Part shown: piece after piece, positions 53,595 through 64,000 of the stretch
How the letters are laid out: each line of letters opens with the position of its first letter
Numbering within the stretch: the stretch's first letter is position 1
Assembly: GCA_963704165.1 (NCBI GenBank)
Contig: CAVPHD010000001.1
Span: 480,001 to 544,000 of the forward strand
Direction of reading: 5' to 3'
DNA length: 64,000 nt
Source: an uncultured delta proteobacterium
Lineage (GTDB): Bacteria > Myxococcota_A > UBA9160 > SZUA-336
Program-made: the position numbers and the translations under genes
Notes under the pieces: model-generated
The model's database searches: none
The model's input: the letters and a program-made list of their open reading frames with translations, nothing else
What the model was told of the DNA's origin: nothing

Positions 53595-54517
53595 TCCTCG
53601 ACGATCTCGCCGCGGGTCGCTCCGACTCCGAGCTCCGCGCCCGCGCGCGCGTCGGCGACCCTCACGTAGCCGAGCGCAATCGGGCCGCTCGCGCTCGAAT
53701 GCGCGCTCGACGTGACCTGACCCACGACGGTGTCGCCCAGTCGGATCTCTGAACCGGGCGCGACGAGCTCGCGTGTTCGGAGCTTCACCAGAAGTCGATT
53801 CACCGCGCCGCGCGACGCGATGCGCGCGACGATCTCCTGCCCGACGTAACAGCCCTTCGACAGCGAGAACGAATGCTCGAGCCGAGCTTCCTGCGGGAAG
53901 GTCCGCGAAGTCACGTCGCTGCCGAGCTTCGGAATCGCCGCCTCGATGCGGAGCGCCTCGATCTGCTCGGGCGAGAGCTCGGACAACGCGAGATCGGCGC
54001 GCAAGCGCGGCAGCAGAGCGCGCGGCGCGAGGACGCGCAGGCCGGCGTCGCCGAGACTCCCCCCGGCGATCCAGATCAGGGACTCGCCGGCGAAGTCGGC
54101 GCGCTCGAAGCGGCCGGCCGCGGGATCCGCCGCACCGACGGATCGCGAGGCTTCGAGCGCGCCGGGTCCTTCGATCGCGATCTGCCCGATCGCGATCGAC
54201 TCGCTCGCGAGCGCGACGTCGTCGGCGATGATGTGCTTCTCGAGCACGGCGCAGAGCTCCGATTCGAGCCCTGCCGCGACGTCGAGCAGAAGGGCGTCGG
54301 GCTCGGCCAGCACCCAGAGCTCCGCGAGCACGTGGCCCTTCCGGTCGAGCTGGAGCATCGGACGCGCGTCGCCGGGCGCGAGCTTCGCGACGTCGTTTGC
54401 GAGCATGCCGTTGAGGAAGCGGACGCGATCGGCTCCGGTCACGCGCACGAGACCGCGATCGGAAAGGTCGCGCACGGCGGCGCTCTGACCGGTCACGGTC
54501 TCGAACAAGGTCGGCAC
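53579..54517 (-). CDS. ygfZ: YgfZ/GcvT-like folate-binding protein
   Basis: VTGADRVRFLNG, LRIEAAIP, PQEA, KGCYVGQE signature. Confidence 0.9.
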   Translation of the reverse strand: MPTLFETVTGQSAAVRDLSDRGLVRVTGADRVRFLNGMLANDVAKLAPGDARPMLQLDRKGHVLAELWVLAEPDALLLDVAAGLESELCAVLEKHIIADDVALASESIAIGQIAIEGPGALEASRSVGAADPAAGRFERADFAGESLIWIAGGSLGDAGLRVLAPRALLPRLRADLALSELSPEQIEALRIEAAIPKLGSDVTSRTFPQEARLEHSFSLSKGCYVGQEIVARIASRGAVNRLLVKLRTRELVAPGSEIRLGDTVVGQVTSSAHSSASGPIALGYVRVADARAGAELGVGATRGEIVEDYSRR

Positions 54518-54545
54518 GTGCGCCAGGATAGCGCCTGGAACCCGA

Positions 54546-55488
54546 TCAGGCCGCGCGCGCGAGTCTCGCCTGCAGCGCCTTCCAGCACTCGATCATCTTC
54601 TCGACGACCTGGAGGTCGTCCTCGTTGTCGACGTCGATCGCGGCGCCACCGAGCTCCGTCGTGATCGTGATGAAGCGCGTACGCAGGAGCGCGCTCGCCG
54701 CGCGTTCGATCGCCCTGATCGAGACCCATGCGCGCACCCTGTCCGACGCGCGCGTGTAGCCGCGCCGATGCAGAAGTCCCGCGACGTGGACCGCGAAGTA
54801 GCAGCCGAGCACCCAGAGATTCCGCCACTCCTTGCGCAGCACGCGCCAGGCGAGCGCGACCTGACTCGCGATCTCCTTCTGGTAGCGGTTTTCGTACATG
54901 TCCTCGACGTAGCTGCGATTCCCCATGCGCAGCGCGCGGACGAAGTGCAGGTTGTTCTGCCGGAAGCGTCCCTCGCGCAGGTTGAAGTACGCCATCTCGA
55001 CGCCGGGCGAGCCGTCGCGCGGCGAGAAGGGAACGAGCGAGGACTCGGGTGTGAGACCGACGACGTAGTCGCCGCCGCACGCCTCCGCCCGCAGAGCGAA
55101 GGTCGAGAGCTCTTCCGGCATCACCAACGGGATGTCGGCCGGCACGACGAGCACGGCGTGAGCGTCGTCCGGCTTCGCACCCGGCCGGAGCGTACGCAGA
55201 AAAGTGTGCCAGACGTTCGCGTACAGCGTCTCGCGCTGGGGCACGACGTGGACCGGACACCCGCGCGATGCCGCGAGCGCGAGGCAGCCGAACTCCGAGA
55301 TCACCTGCTCGAGCCGCAACGGGTTTCCGACCACGAAGACCTCGGAGACCTCGGGCGTGTGCAGCAGCGATTCGAGCACGTGCACGATCATGGGTTTGCC
55401 GCGCGATCTCGACGAACGCCTTGCTCTGGCCCCGGATCGCGCGGCTCGCACCGCGGTCGCCGGCCATGAGAATCGCCTGGATGCGCAT
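54546..55488 (-). CDS. MobA-like nucleotidyltransferase family protein, one +1 frameshift near 55402
   Basis: MRIQAILMAGDRG..SKAFVEIA joins GKPMIVHVLE after removing one base. VPADIPL and IDVDNEDD motifs. Confidence 0.8.
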
Positions 55489-55643
55489 GTCCCATGGTGA
55501 CCCGGCGCGAGGAAAAGTGATACCCCGCCCGGGCTTGGCGGACCTCACGCGGCGGAAGCAAGCGCGCGATCGGAGCTCGAATTGCCCGCCGTGAGAGGCT
55601 TCGTGCAGACTACCGGCAAGCAATCTCGAATGGAGGAGCGGCG

Positions 55644-55925
55644 ATGCCCAGCGTAGTGGCCACACTGAAGGTGAAGCAGGACAAGATCGACGAAGCGAAG
55701 AGCTTCTTGCGCACGCTGGGTGCCAACGTGCGCGCGAATGAACCCGGAACGACGGCCTACGTCTTCCACCAGCGCAAGGACGATCCCTGCGTCTTCGTCG
55801 CCTACGAGAAGTACGCGAGCGACGAGGCCTTCAAGCAGCACGGCCAGAACCTGCGCGCGCACGGGGCGGGCTTCGCCGCCATCCTCGACGGTCGTCCGGA
55901 GATCGTCCTCCTCGACGAAATCTAG
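55644..55925 (+). CDS. ABM (antibiotic biosynthesis monooxygenase) domain protein
   Basis: GGAGGAG RBS, VRANEPGT..Y, YEKYASDEAFKQH, 93 aa. Confidence 0.88.
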   Translation: MPSVVATLKVKQDKIDEAKSFLRTLGANVRANEPGTTAYVFHQRKDDPCVFVAYEKYASDEAFKQHGQNLRAHGAGFAAILDGRPEIVLLDEI

Positions 55926-55934
55926 GCGCTGCCG

Positions 55935-57050
55935 ATGATCCGGAACCTGGGGCTGGCGCTGCTGTCGGTCATCGTCGCCCTCGCGTTCTGTGAGGCGATG
56001 CTGCGCCTGTTCGGCGCCGACGTTCTGCCCAAGCCGGACCTGTACGTCCTGGACCCGGACGTCGGCAAGCGGATGCGGCCCGGATGGGAAGGCGACGAGT
56101 TCAAGGCGCCGGTCAAGATCAACTCCAAGGGCCTGCGAAATCCGGAAACGCCCTACGAGAAACCCGAAGGCGTGTACCGCGTCCTCGCGCTCGGCGATTC
56201 CTGGACGTTCGGATTTCGTCTCGACGAGCCCGATTGCTACCCGCGACAGCTCGAGCGCATCCTCGCCGAGCGCGCGTCGCTGCGCGGCGATCCGAGACGC
56301 TTCGAGGTGATCAACGCCGGCGTGATCGGTTACTCGACCGACCAGGAGGCCGCCTGGTTGCGGGTCGAAGGCTGGAAGTACCAGCCGGATCTGGTGCTGG
56401 TGAACTACTACCCGGTCAACGACACGCACAACAAGCTCGCCTCCTACCGGCGTCGCGCGCAGCTTCGCGACATCCATCCCTGGCTTCTCGAGCTCGTCGA
56501 AGCGCCGAAGCGGCTGTACCTGCGCCAGTTCTGGAAAGGCGCGAAGCGGACGCTGCAGTACAAGCTCCGCGTCGCCCGAGCGGACGGTGACCCGAAGGCC
56601 GGAGCCGAGGATTGGACGACCGCCTATCGGGAGGGCCGGAAGGGCTGGGAGGCGGTGCGAACGGCGCTCGCCGAGATCGGTGGCGAGGCGCGCCCGCGTC
56701 AGGTGCCGGTCCTGGCCGTCCTGCTTCCCGACGCCCAGAACCTCGAGCGCTACTCCGCCAGCTACCACCCGAAGGTCGCGCCGATGATCGAGGGCGCCGT
56801 GGCCGATGCCGGTCTGGACTTCTTCGACCTCGAGCCGACGTTCGCGCCGTGGGCCGCCAGGGAGGACGAGGTGCGCTTCGGCGTGCTCCGCCACCCGAAC
56901 GCGAAGGGCTACGGAATCATCGCGGAAGCGGTCGCGGACGAGCTCGGGCGGCGCTATCTGGGCTGGGCGCAGCCGCCGAGGGCGTTGGTGGAGATGAGCG
57001 GGATCGAACCGCCGACCTCTGCGTTGCGAACGCAGCGCTCTCCCAGCTGA
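55935..57050 (+). CDS. SGNH/GDSL hydrolase family protein with N-terminal membrane anchor
   Basis: INSKGLR, ALGDSWTFG, VINAGVIGYST, ND, HPNAKGY. The 3' end runs into the antisense tRNA. Confidence 0.85.
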   Translation: MIRNLGLALLSVIVALAFCEAMLRLFGADVLPKPDLYVLDPDVGKRMRPGWEGDEFKAPVKINSKGLRNPETPYEKPEGVYRVLALGDSWTFGFRLDEPDCYPRQLERILAERASLRGDPRRFEVINAGVIGYSTDQEAAWLRVEGWKYQPDLVLVNYYPVNDTHNKLASYRRRAQLRDIHPWLLELVEAPKRLYLRQFWKGAKRTLQYKLRVARADGDPKAGAEDWTTAYREGRKGWEAVRTALAEIGGEARPRQVPVLAVLLPDAQNLERYSASYHPKVAPMIEGAVADAGLDFFDLEPTFAPWAAREDEVRFGVLRHPNAKGYGIIAEAVADELGRRYLGWAQPPRALVEMSGIEPPTSALRTQRSPS

Positions 57051-57061
57051 GCTACATCCCC
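56986..57061 (-). tRNA. tRNA-Ala (anticodon CGC)
   Basis: GGGGATGTAGCTCAGCTGGGAGAGCGCTGCGTTCGCAACGCAGAGGTCGGCGGTTCGATCCCGCTCATCTCCACCA, 76 nt, cloverleaf, G3-U70, encoded CCA. Confidence 0.97.
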
Positions 57062-57151
57062 GACCGGTTGGGCGGTACCTTAGACCCCCGCTCTCTCGCT
57101 TGCCAGCGCAGCTTCGCCTCAACAGCTGCACATCGCTGCCGATAGGGAGGC

Positions 57152-59266
57152 GTGGCGGGGCCGGTAGTCGGTATCGATCTCGGAACCCTGAACAGCTGCG
57201 TCGCCGTCGTGAAGGACGGCAAGGCGGTCGTTCTGGCCGATGAGGCGCGCACGACGACGCCCTCCTGTGTGGCGATCCAGCAGGGGCGGGAGCTCGTCGG
57301 GGCGGCCGCGAAGCGCCATGCCGTGACCTCCCCGCAGAGCACCGTGATCGCGGTCAAACGCCTGATCGGTCACGCGTTCGACTCCGACGAGGTGCGCGCC
57401 GCGGCCGCGCGCGTTCCGTACACGCTGTCGGCGAGCCCGCTCGGCGGCGTGCTGCTCGAGGTCGAAGGCGCCAAGCTCACGCCCGTCGAGGTCTCGACGA
57501 AGATCCTCAAGCGCGTTCGCGAGGTCGCGGAGAAGGCGCTCGGCGTGCCGGTGACACGGGCGGTGATCTCCGTTCCCGCTCACTTCAACGACGTGCAGCG
57601 CAAGGCGACCAAGCTCGCTGCCGAGTACGCCGGCCTCGAGGTGCTGCGGCTGATCAACGAGCCGACGGCCGCGGCGTTCGCCTACGGGTACAAGAAGCAC
57701 AAGGACTTCACGCTCGCCGTCTACGATCTCGGCGGCGGCACGTTCGACGTCACCGTCATGTGTGCCCGCGGCGATACCTTCGAGGTGGTCGCGACCGACG
57801 GCGATTCGTACCTCGGCGGTGAGGACTTCGACTACGCGATCGCGGAGTGGCTCGAGAGCGAGTTCGCCGCGGAGCACGGTTTCGATCTTTCGACCCAGCA
57901 AGCCGCACGGCTTCGCCTGAAGGAGGCCGCCGAGAAGGCCAAGATCGAGCTCGCCTCGGCCGAAGTCGCGCAGATCGACCTGCCGTTCCTCGCGGTGCTT
58001 CCCGACGGAACCCAGGCGAACTTCTCGAGGAGCTTCTCGCGCCAGAAGCTCGTCGAGGTATGCCAGCCGTTGGTCGCGCGGACGCTCGAACTCTGCGAGC
58101 GCTGTCTGTCGACCGCGCGCATCTCTCGTGGCGAGGTCGGCGAGGTCCTGCTCGTCGGTGGACAGAGCCGCATGCTCGCGGTTCGCGACGCGGTCAAGGA
58201 CTTCTTCGGCAAAGAGCCGCGGCGCGACATCAATCCCGACGAGGTCGTCGCGATCGGCGCCGCTCTCTACGCCTACTCCCTGTCCGCCGATCAGCTGCAG
58301 AAAGAGGCGGTCGATGCCGCCGAAGACGCCTACGGTGTCGCGGTACGTCGAACCGAAGTCGCGCGCAAGATCGTGAAGGAAGTCGAGAGCCTGCGTGCCA
58401 GGCCTCTCGACGACGCGGGTCTGGCCTCGCGCCTGCAATCGCTGCTTCAGGCGACCCAGGCGGACGGCACCATCCCGCCCGACTTCCGCGATACCACCGA
58501 CCCCGGCTCGATCGGCCCGATCACCTTCGGTACGAGCGAGCCAGCCGAAGACGACTCACCACGGATGCTCGACGTCGCGCACGAGCCTCTTCAGCTCGAA
58601 GGTCTGTTGGGGAACTCGGCGAGTGACGATGATCTGCCGACGGCGATCCGGGGTCTGAAGAGCGAGCTGATGCAGCTCGACTACAAGGCCGCCGAGCTGA
58701 TCGAGCAGCTCGCCAACGACGTGTGCGACGCCGAGGCGTCGGAGCTGCTCGAAATCGCGAAGGATCGGCTGAACGAGAGCCTGACCGATGCCAGGGGCGC
58801 ATCGGACGAGGTCGTCGAGCAGATCAAGACCGCCGTCGAACACAAGCAGGCGCGGCGCGTGAATCTGCGCGACGTCACGTCGTTGCCACTCGGCATCGCG
58901 AGCGCGGGTGGGGTCTTCACCGTGCTGATCGATCAGAACGTCGTCGTTCCCACCGAGCTCGCGCGCGTGTTCACGACCAACCAGGACGGTCAGGCCGAGG
59001 TCGAGATCCGCGTCTTCCAGGGCCGTGCGCGAAACGTCGCCGACAACCAGTTGCTCGGCTCCTTCATCCTCGAGGGCATCGCCCCCGCGCGGCGCATGGA
59101 GCCGAAGATCGACGTCGCATTCCGAATCGACGAGAACGGAATCCTGGCGGTGCGCGCGTGCAACGCGGAGTCGGGCGCAGAGCAGAGCATCCGGATCGAG
59201 GACCCGCTCGGCCTGCAGCAGGTCGAGCCGGCCACACCCGCGCAGGAACCCGAAATCGAAACCTAG
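57152..59266 (+). CDS. Atypical Hsp70 (DnaK-like) with large internal insertion and no lid
   Basis: [54 protein letters not shown], then ~190 extra aa before DVTSLPLGI and an SBD-beta domain. Confidence 0.88.
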   Translation: MAGPVVGIDLGTLNSCVAVVKDGKAVVLADEARTTTPSCVAIQQGRELVGAAAKRHAVTSPQSTVIAVKRLIGHAFDSDEVRAAAARVPYTLSASPLGGVLLEVEGAKLTPVEVSTKILKRVREVAEKALGVPVTRAVISVPAHFNDVQRKATKLAAEYAGLEVLRLINEPTAAAFAYGYKKHKDFTLAVYDLGGGTFDVTVMCARGDTFEVVATDGDSYLGGEDFDYAIAEWLESEFAAEHGFDLSTQQAARLRLKEAAEKAKIELASAEVAQIDLPFLAVLPDGTQANFSRSFSRQKLVEVCQPLVARTLELCERCLSTARISRGEVGEVLLVGGQSRMLAVRDAVKDFFGKEPRRDINPDEVVAIGAALYAYSLSADQLQKEAVDAAEDAYGVAVRRTEVARKIVKEVESLRARPLDDAGLASRLQSLLQATQADGTIPPDFRDTTDPGSIGPITFGTSEPAEDDSPRMLDVAHEPLQLEGLLGNSASDDDLPTAIRGLKSELMQLDYKAAELIEQLANDVCDAEASELLEIAKDRLNESLTDARGASDEVVEQIKTAVEHKQARRVNLRDVTSLPLGIASAGGVFTVLIDQNVVVPTELARVFTTNQDGQAEVEIRVFQGRARNVADNQLLGSFILEGIAPARRMEPKIDVAFRIDENGILAVRACNAESGAEQSIRIEDPLGLQQVEPATPAQEPEIET

Positions 59267-59293
59267 CTTGCGCGCCCCCGCGCGTATGGCACG

Positions 59294-59740
59294 ATGGCGA
59301 CGATGACGCGTGGGCTTGCCATCGCTCTGATGCTCGCGTGCGCCGGCGCTCAGCCAGCGCTCAGCTCCTCGCTCATCACCAGCGCACTGGCCTTTGGAAT
59401 CCATTCGCACGGCCACGAACACTCGATCGCGCTGCACTCCGACGGCACCCACATCGACATCGTGCTCTCGCACGGCGATGGCGGGAGTCACGATCACGCG
59501 AAGATGCCCGCGGATCACGATCATCCGGCATCCCTGCTCGAGGGTGCCCACGTCGTTCACGTCACGGCTGTCGAAGCCGCGAACTCGACCTCGCGCCGCG
59601 TGGTGATTCACCAGCCGCTGTCGCTTCCGATCGCGCTCGTGCGTCCGCCCGACGTCGCACGCGCATCGCCGCCGTGCGCGTCGTTCGCGTCGCATGCACG
59701 CGGACTGGATCAGCTGAGAACCATCGTCCTCCGTCTCTGA
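59294..59740 (+). CDS. His-rich exported/membrane protein, CzcI-like position
   Basis: Hydrophobic N-terminus, His clusters (HSHGHEHS, SHDH, DHDH), directly upstream of czcCBA. Confidence 0.6.
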   Translation: MATMTRGLAIALMLACAGAQPALSSSLITSALAFGIHSHGHEHSIALHSDGTHIDIVLSHGDGGSHDHAKMPADHDHPASLLEGAHVVHVTAVEAANSTSRRVVIHQPLSLPIALVRPPDVARASPPCASFASHARGLDQLRTIVLRL

Positions 59741-59816
59741 GAGGTCGCGTCGCACCCGAGTCACCGCTCCGCGGTGAGATCTCGATCGATGCCTTCCACT
59801 GGAGGACGAATGTCTC

Positions 59817-61169
59817 ATGACCTGCACTGCATGCTTGCGGTGCGCGGTGCTGTTCGCGGCTGGGCTCTGCCTTCCGCTCAGCGGCCACGCACAATCGCCT
59901 GCACCGTATCCCGTCGGACGCGAGCTTGCCGTCTTCGAGGCGCCCGCGTCCGCGCAGACCTCTTCTCCCGCCGAGCCGCCTGAGCCCTCCGGCGCGCTCC
60001 GGCTCGAGGACGCGCTCGCGGCGGCGCTGCTGCGCAATCCGCTGCTCGCAGCCGACGCGTACGAGGTCCGCGCGCGCGAAGCGGCTCTGCTCCAGGCCGG
60101 TGCGCGCCCCAACCCGACGCTCTCGCTCGAGGTCGAGGACTTCGCCGGCTCCGGCGAGTTCAGCGCCCTCGACGGCGCGCAGACCACGCTCCTGCTCGGA
60201 CAGCTGATCGAGCTCGGTGGGAAGCGAGCCGCGCGGATCGGTCTCGCCTCGGCGGACCGGGACCTGGCGGCGTGGGACTACGAGGTCCGGCGAATCGGTG
60301 TGCTGGTGGACTGCGCCAACGCGTTCGTCGACGTGCTGGCCGCACAGGAGCGCGTCCACCTGGCCAACGACGAGGTCGAACTCGCGACCGCGATGCAACG
60401 CGTGGCGTCTTCGCGCCTGCGGGCCGGGATCGCCTCACCCGCGGAGCAGATCCGAGCCGACATCGAGGCCGATGTTGCCGAGGTCGAGCGCGAGCACACC
60501 GAGCACGGGCTCGCGACCGCTCGACAGATCCTCGCCGCGGTCTGGGCCGGTGAGGAGCCCCGCTTCGAGCGCGCGCTCGGCGATCTCGAGCGGCTCCCCG
60601 GAGTTCCGTCTGGCGAGGAGCTGGCCCGGCGGCTCGATGCAAGTCCGAGCGTTGCGCGTTGGCGTGCCGAGCTCGCGCGGCGAGATGCGCTGCGCGCGCG
60701 TGCGCAGAGCGAGCGAACTCCGAACGTGACGCTACAGGCCGGTCCGCGCCGCCTCTCGGGCCCCGGAGACACCGCGCTCGTCGTCGGCATCGCATTGCCC
60801 CTGCCACTCTGGGATCGCAATCGCTTTGGGATCGCGGAGGCCGAGCACCGCGTCGCGAAGCTCGGAGCCGAAGCGCGCGCCGCGCGAATCCGCGCCGTCA
60901 CCGATCTCGCGACCGCGCGCGTCGGCCTCGAAGCGTCGACCGAGGAAGCCCACCTGCTGCGCACGCGCGTGCTGCCCGGCGCCGCGCGCGCCGTCGACGT
61001 GCTGCGGCGCGGCTACGAGCGCGGCCGTTTCGCCCAGTTCGAAGTCCTCGAAGCCCAGCGTGCGCGCCTCGCGGTGCGGGAGCAGTACCTGCGCGCGCTC
61101 GTCGAGGCACATCACGACGCGCAACTGATCGAACGCCTGACCGGCGTGCCGTTGGAGGTACGACCTTGA
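59817..61169 (+). CDS. czcC: Heavy-metal RND efflux outer-membrane factor (TolC/CzcC)
   Basis: RPNPTL, QLIELGGKRAAR, LPLPLWDRNR, YERGRFAQFEVLEAQR. Confidence 0.88.
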   Translation: MTCTACLRCAVLFAAGLCLPLSGHAQSPAPYPVGRELAVFEAPASAQTSSPAEPPEPSGALRLEDALAAALLRNPLLAADAYEVRAREAALLQAGARPNPTLSLEVEDFAGSGEFSALDGAQTTLLLGQLIELGGKRAARIGLASADRDLAAWDYEVRRIGVLVDCANAFVDVLAAQERVHLANDEVELATAMQRVASSRLRAGIASPAEQIRADIEADVAEVEREHTEHGLATARQILAAVWAGEEPRFERALGDLERLPGVPSGEELARRLDASPSVARWRAELARRDALRARAQSERTPNVTLQAGPRRLSGPGDTALVVGIALPLPLWDRNRFGIAEAEHRVAKLGAEARAARIRAVTDLATARVGLEASTEEAHLLRTRVLPGAARAVDVLRRGYERGRFAQFEVLEAQRARLAVREQYLRALVEAHHDAQLIERLTGVPLEVRP

Positions 61170-62392
61170 CCCACCGATTCCTGAGCGTTGCCCTGTGCCT
61201 GTCGCTCTTCGGCACGATCGCATGCTCGCCCGACGAGCACGTGGACGACGGAGCGGCGTCGTACGAGCGCGGACCGCATGGCGGACGCTGGTTCCCGGAC
61301 GGCGAGTTCGCACTCGAGCTCACGATCTTCGAACGCGGCGTTCCACCCGAGTTCCGCGCGTACGTGTACCGGAACGGGGAACCGATCGACCCGGCGAGCG
61401 TCGAGCTCGACGTGACGCTTCGCAGGCTCGGTGAACGCGTCGATCGGATCGGTTTCGCCGCGCAGGGTGAATACCTGCTCGGCGACCGGACCGTCTACGA
61501 GCCCCATTCCTTCGACGCCGAGATCGTGGCGCGGACGAACGGTCGCGAGCACCGGTTCGCGTTCTCGTCGTACGAGAACCGCGTCTCGCTCGCGCCCGAT
61601 CAGCTCGAGGCCTCCGGGATCTCGATCGAGGTCGCTTCGCCCGCCACGATTCACGAACACGTCCGCCTGAACGGACGGATCGCGCCGAACGCGGACGCAC
61701 TCGCACACGTGATGCCGCGCTTTCCGGGAATCGTGCGAGCGGTGCACAAGCGGCTCGGAGATCCGATCGCGCGGGGCGATCTGCTCGCGGTGATCGAGAG
61801 CAACGAGAGCCTGCACCCGTTCGAGGTGCGCGCGCAGCTCGCGGGCACCGTGATCGCAAAGGACGTCTCGCCCGGCGAGTTCGTATCGAACGATCGGGAG
61901 CTCTTCGAGATCGCGGATCTCAGCAGCGTCTGGGTCGATCTCGACGTGTACCGGCGCGACTTCGGGCGGTTGCGTGTCGGCCAATCGGTTCGGATCGACG
62001 CGGGAGACGGCTCGGAGCCGGTCGAGAGCGCGCTCAGCTACCTGTCGCCGATCGGCTCGATCAACACGCAGACCCTGCTCGCCCGCGCCGTGCTCCCGAA
62101 CCCCGATCTCTCCTGGCGGCCTGGGTTGTTCGTGACCGCCGAGGTCGAAGTCGGAGCGAACTCCGTACCGGTCGCCGTGTCCGTCGATGCGCTCCAGCGC
62201 CTGCGCGACTGGGACGTCGTGTTCATCACGGTGGATGGCGTCTTCGAGGCGCAGCCGGTCGAGCTCGGCCGCCGCGACGCGACCCACGTCGAGATCGTGT
62301 CGGGCCTCGAAGCCGGACAGAGCTATGTCGCCGCGGGCAGCTTCGTCCTCAAGTCCGACGTCGGAAAATCCGGCGCGACGCACGACCACTAG
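61166..62392 (+). CDS. czcB: Heavy-metal RND efflux periplasmic adaptor (CzcB)
   Basis: TTG overlaps the czcC stop. GPHGGR, YEPHSF, IADLSSVWV, WRPGLFV, C-terminal ATHDH. Confidence 0.88.
   Translation: MTHRFLSVALCLSLFGTIACSPDEHVDDGAASYERGPHGGRWFPDGEFALELTIFERGVPPEFRAYVYRNGEPIDPASVELDVTLRRLGERVDRIGFAAQGEYLLGDRTVYEPHSFDAEIVARTNGREHRFAFSSYENRVSLAPDQLEASGISIEVASPATIHEHVRLNGRIAPNADALAHVMPRFPGIVRAVHKRLGDPIARGDLLAVIESNESLHPFEVRAQLAGTVIAKDVSPGEFVSNDRELFEIADLSSVWVDLDVYRRDFGRLRVGQSVRIDAGDGSEPVESALSYLSPIGSINTQTLLARAVLPNPDLSWRPGLFVTAEVEVGANSVPVAVSVDALQRLRDWDVVFITVDGVFEAQPVELGRRDATHVEIVSGLEAGQSYVAAGSFVLKSDVGKSGATHDH

Positions 62393-64000
<1,608 letters not shown>

Overview
GC-rich (roughly 69% by eye), densely coding bacterial chromosomal segment. 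Gene content (DUF6178-like protein, PBP1B, MaeB, sigma-54 nitrogen promoters) suggests a Myxococcota/deltaproteobacterial lineage (inference). It is mostly housekeeping: rng, surE, lon, gshA, yjjX, tat genes, two biotin carboxylases plus a carboxyltransferase around maeB, transaldolase, folK, lspA, mrcB, argH-dapF-dapA-dapB, glnB-glnA, ygfZ, tRNA-Ala(CGC) and the start of a czcCBA heavy-metal efflux operon. I see no mobile element, CRISPR array or prophage. Eight genes are broken by 18 single-base insertions in total and no deletions, most likely long-read assembly errors. Most notable observations: (1) a ~185-nt 6S-like rod-shaped RNA upstream of the tat genes; (2) a receiver/sigma54-AAA+/histidine-kinase fusion with all three domains catalytically degenerate; (3) an Hsp70 with a ~190-aa insertion before the interdomain linker and no lid; (4) an orphan ParA coupled to an MGAT-like acyltransferase and a degenerate SDR; (5) a TANNNT -10 box 6-9 nt before many start codons, suggesting leaderless mRNAs; (6) sigma-54 promoters linking a porin to glnB-glnA. 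All family assignments come from motif recognition by eye, not from database searches.
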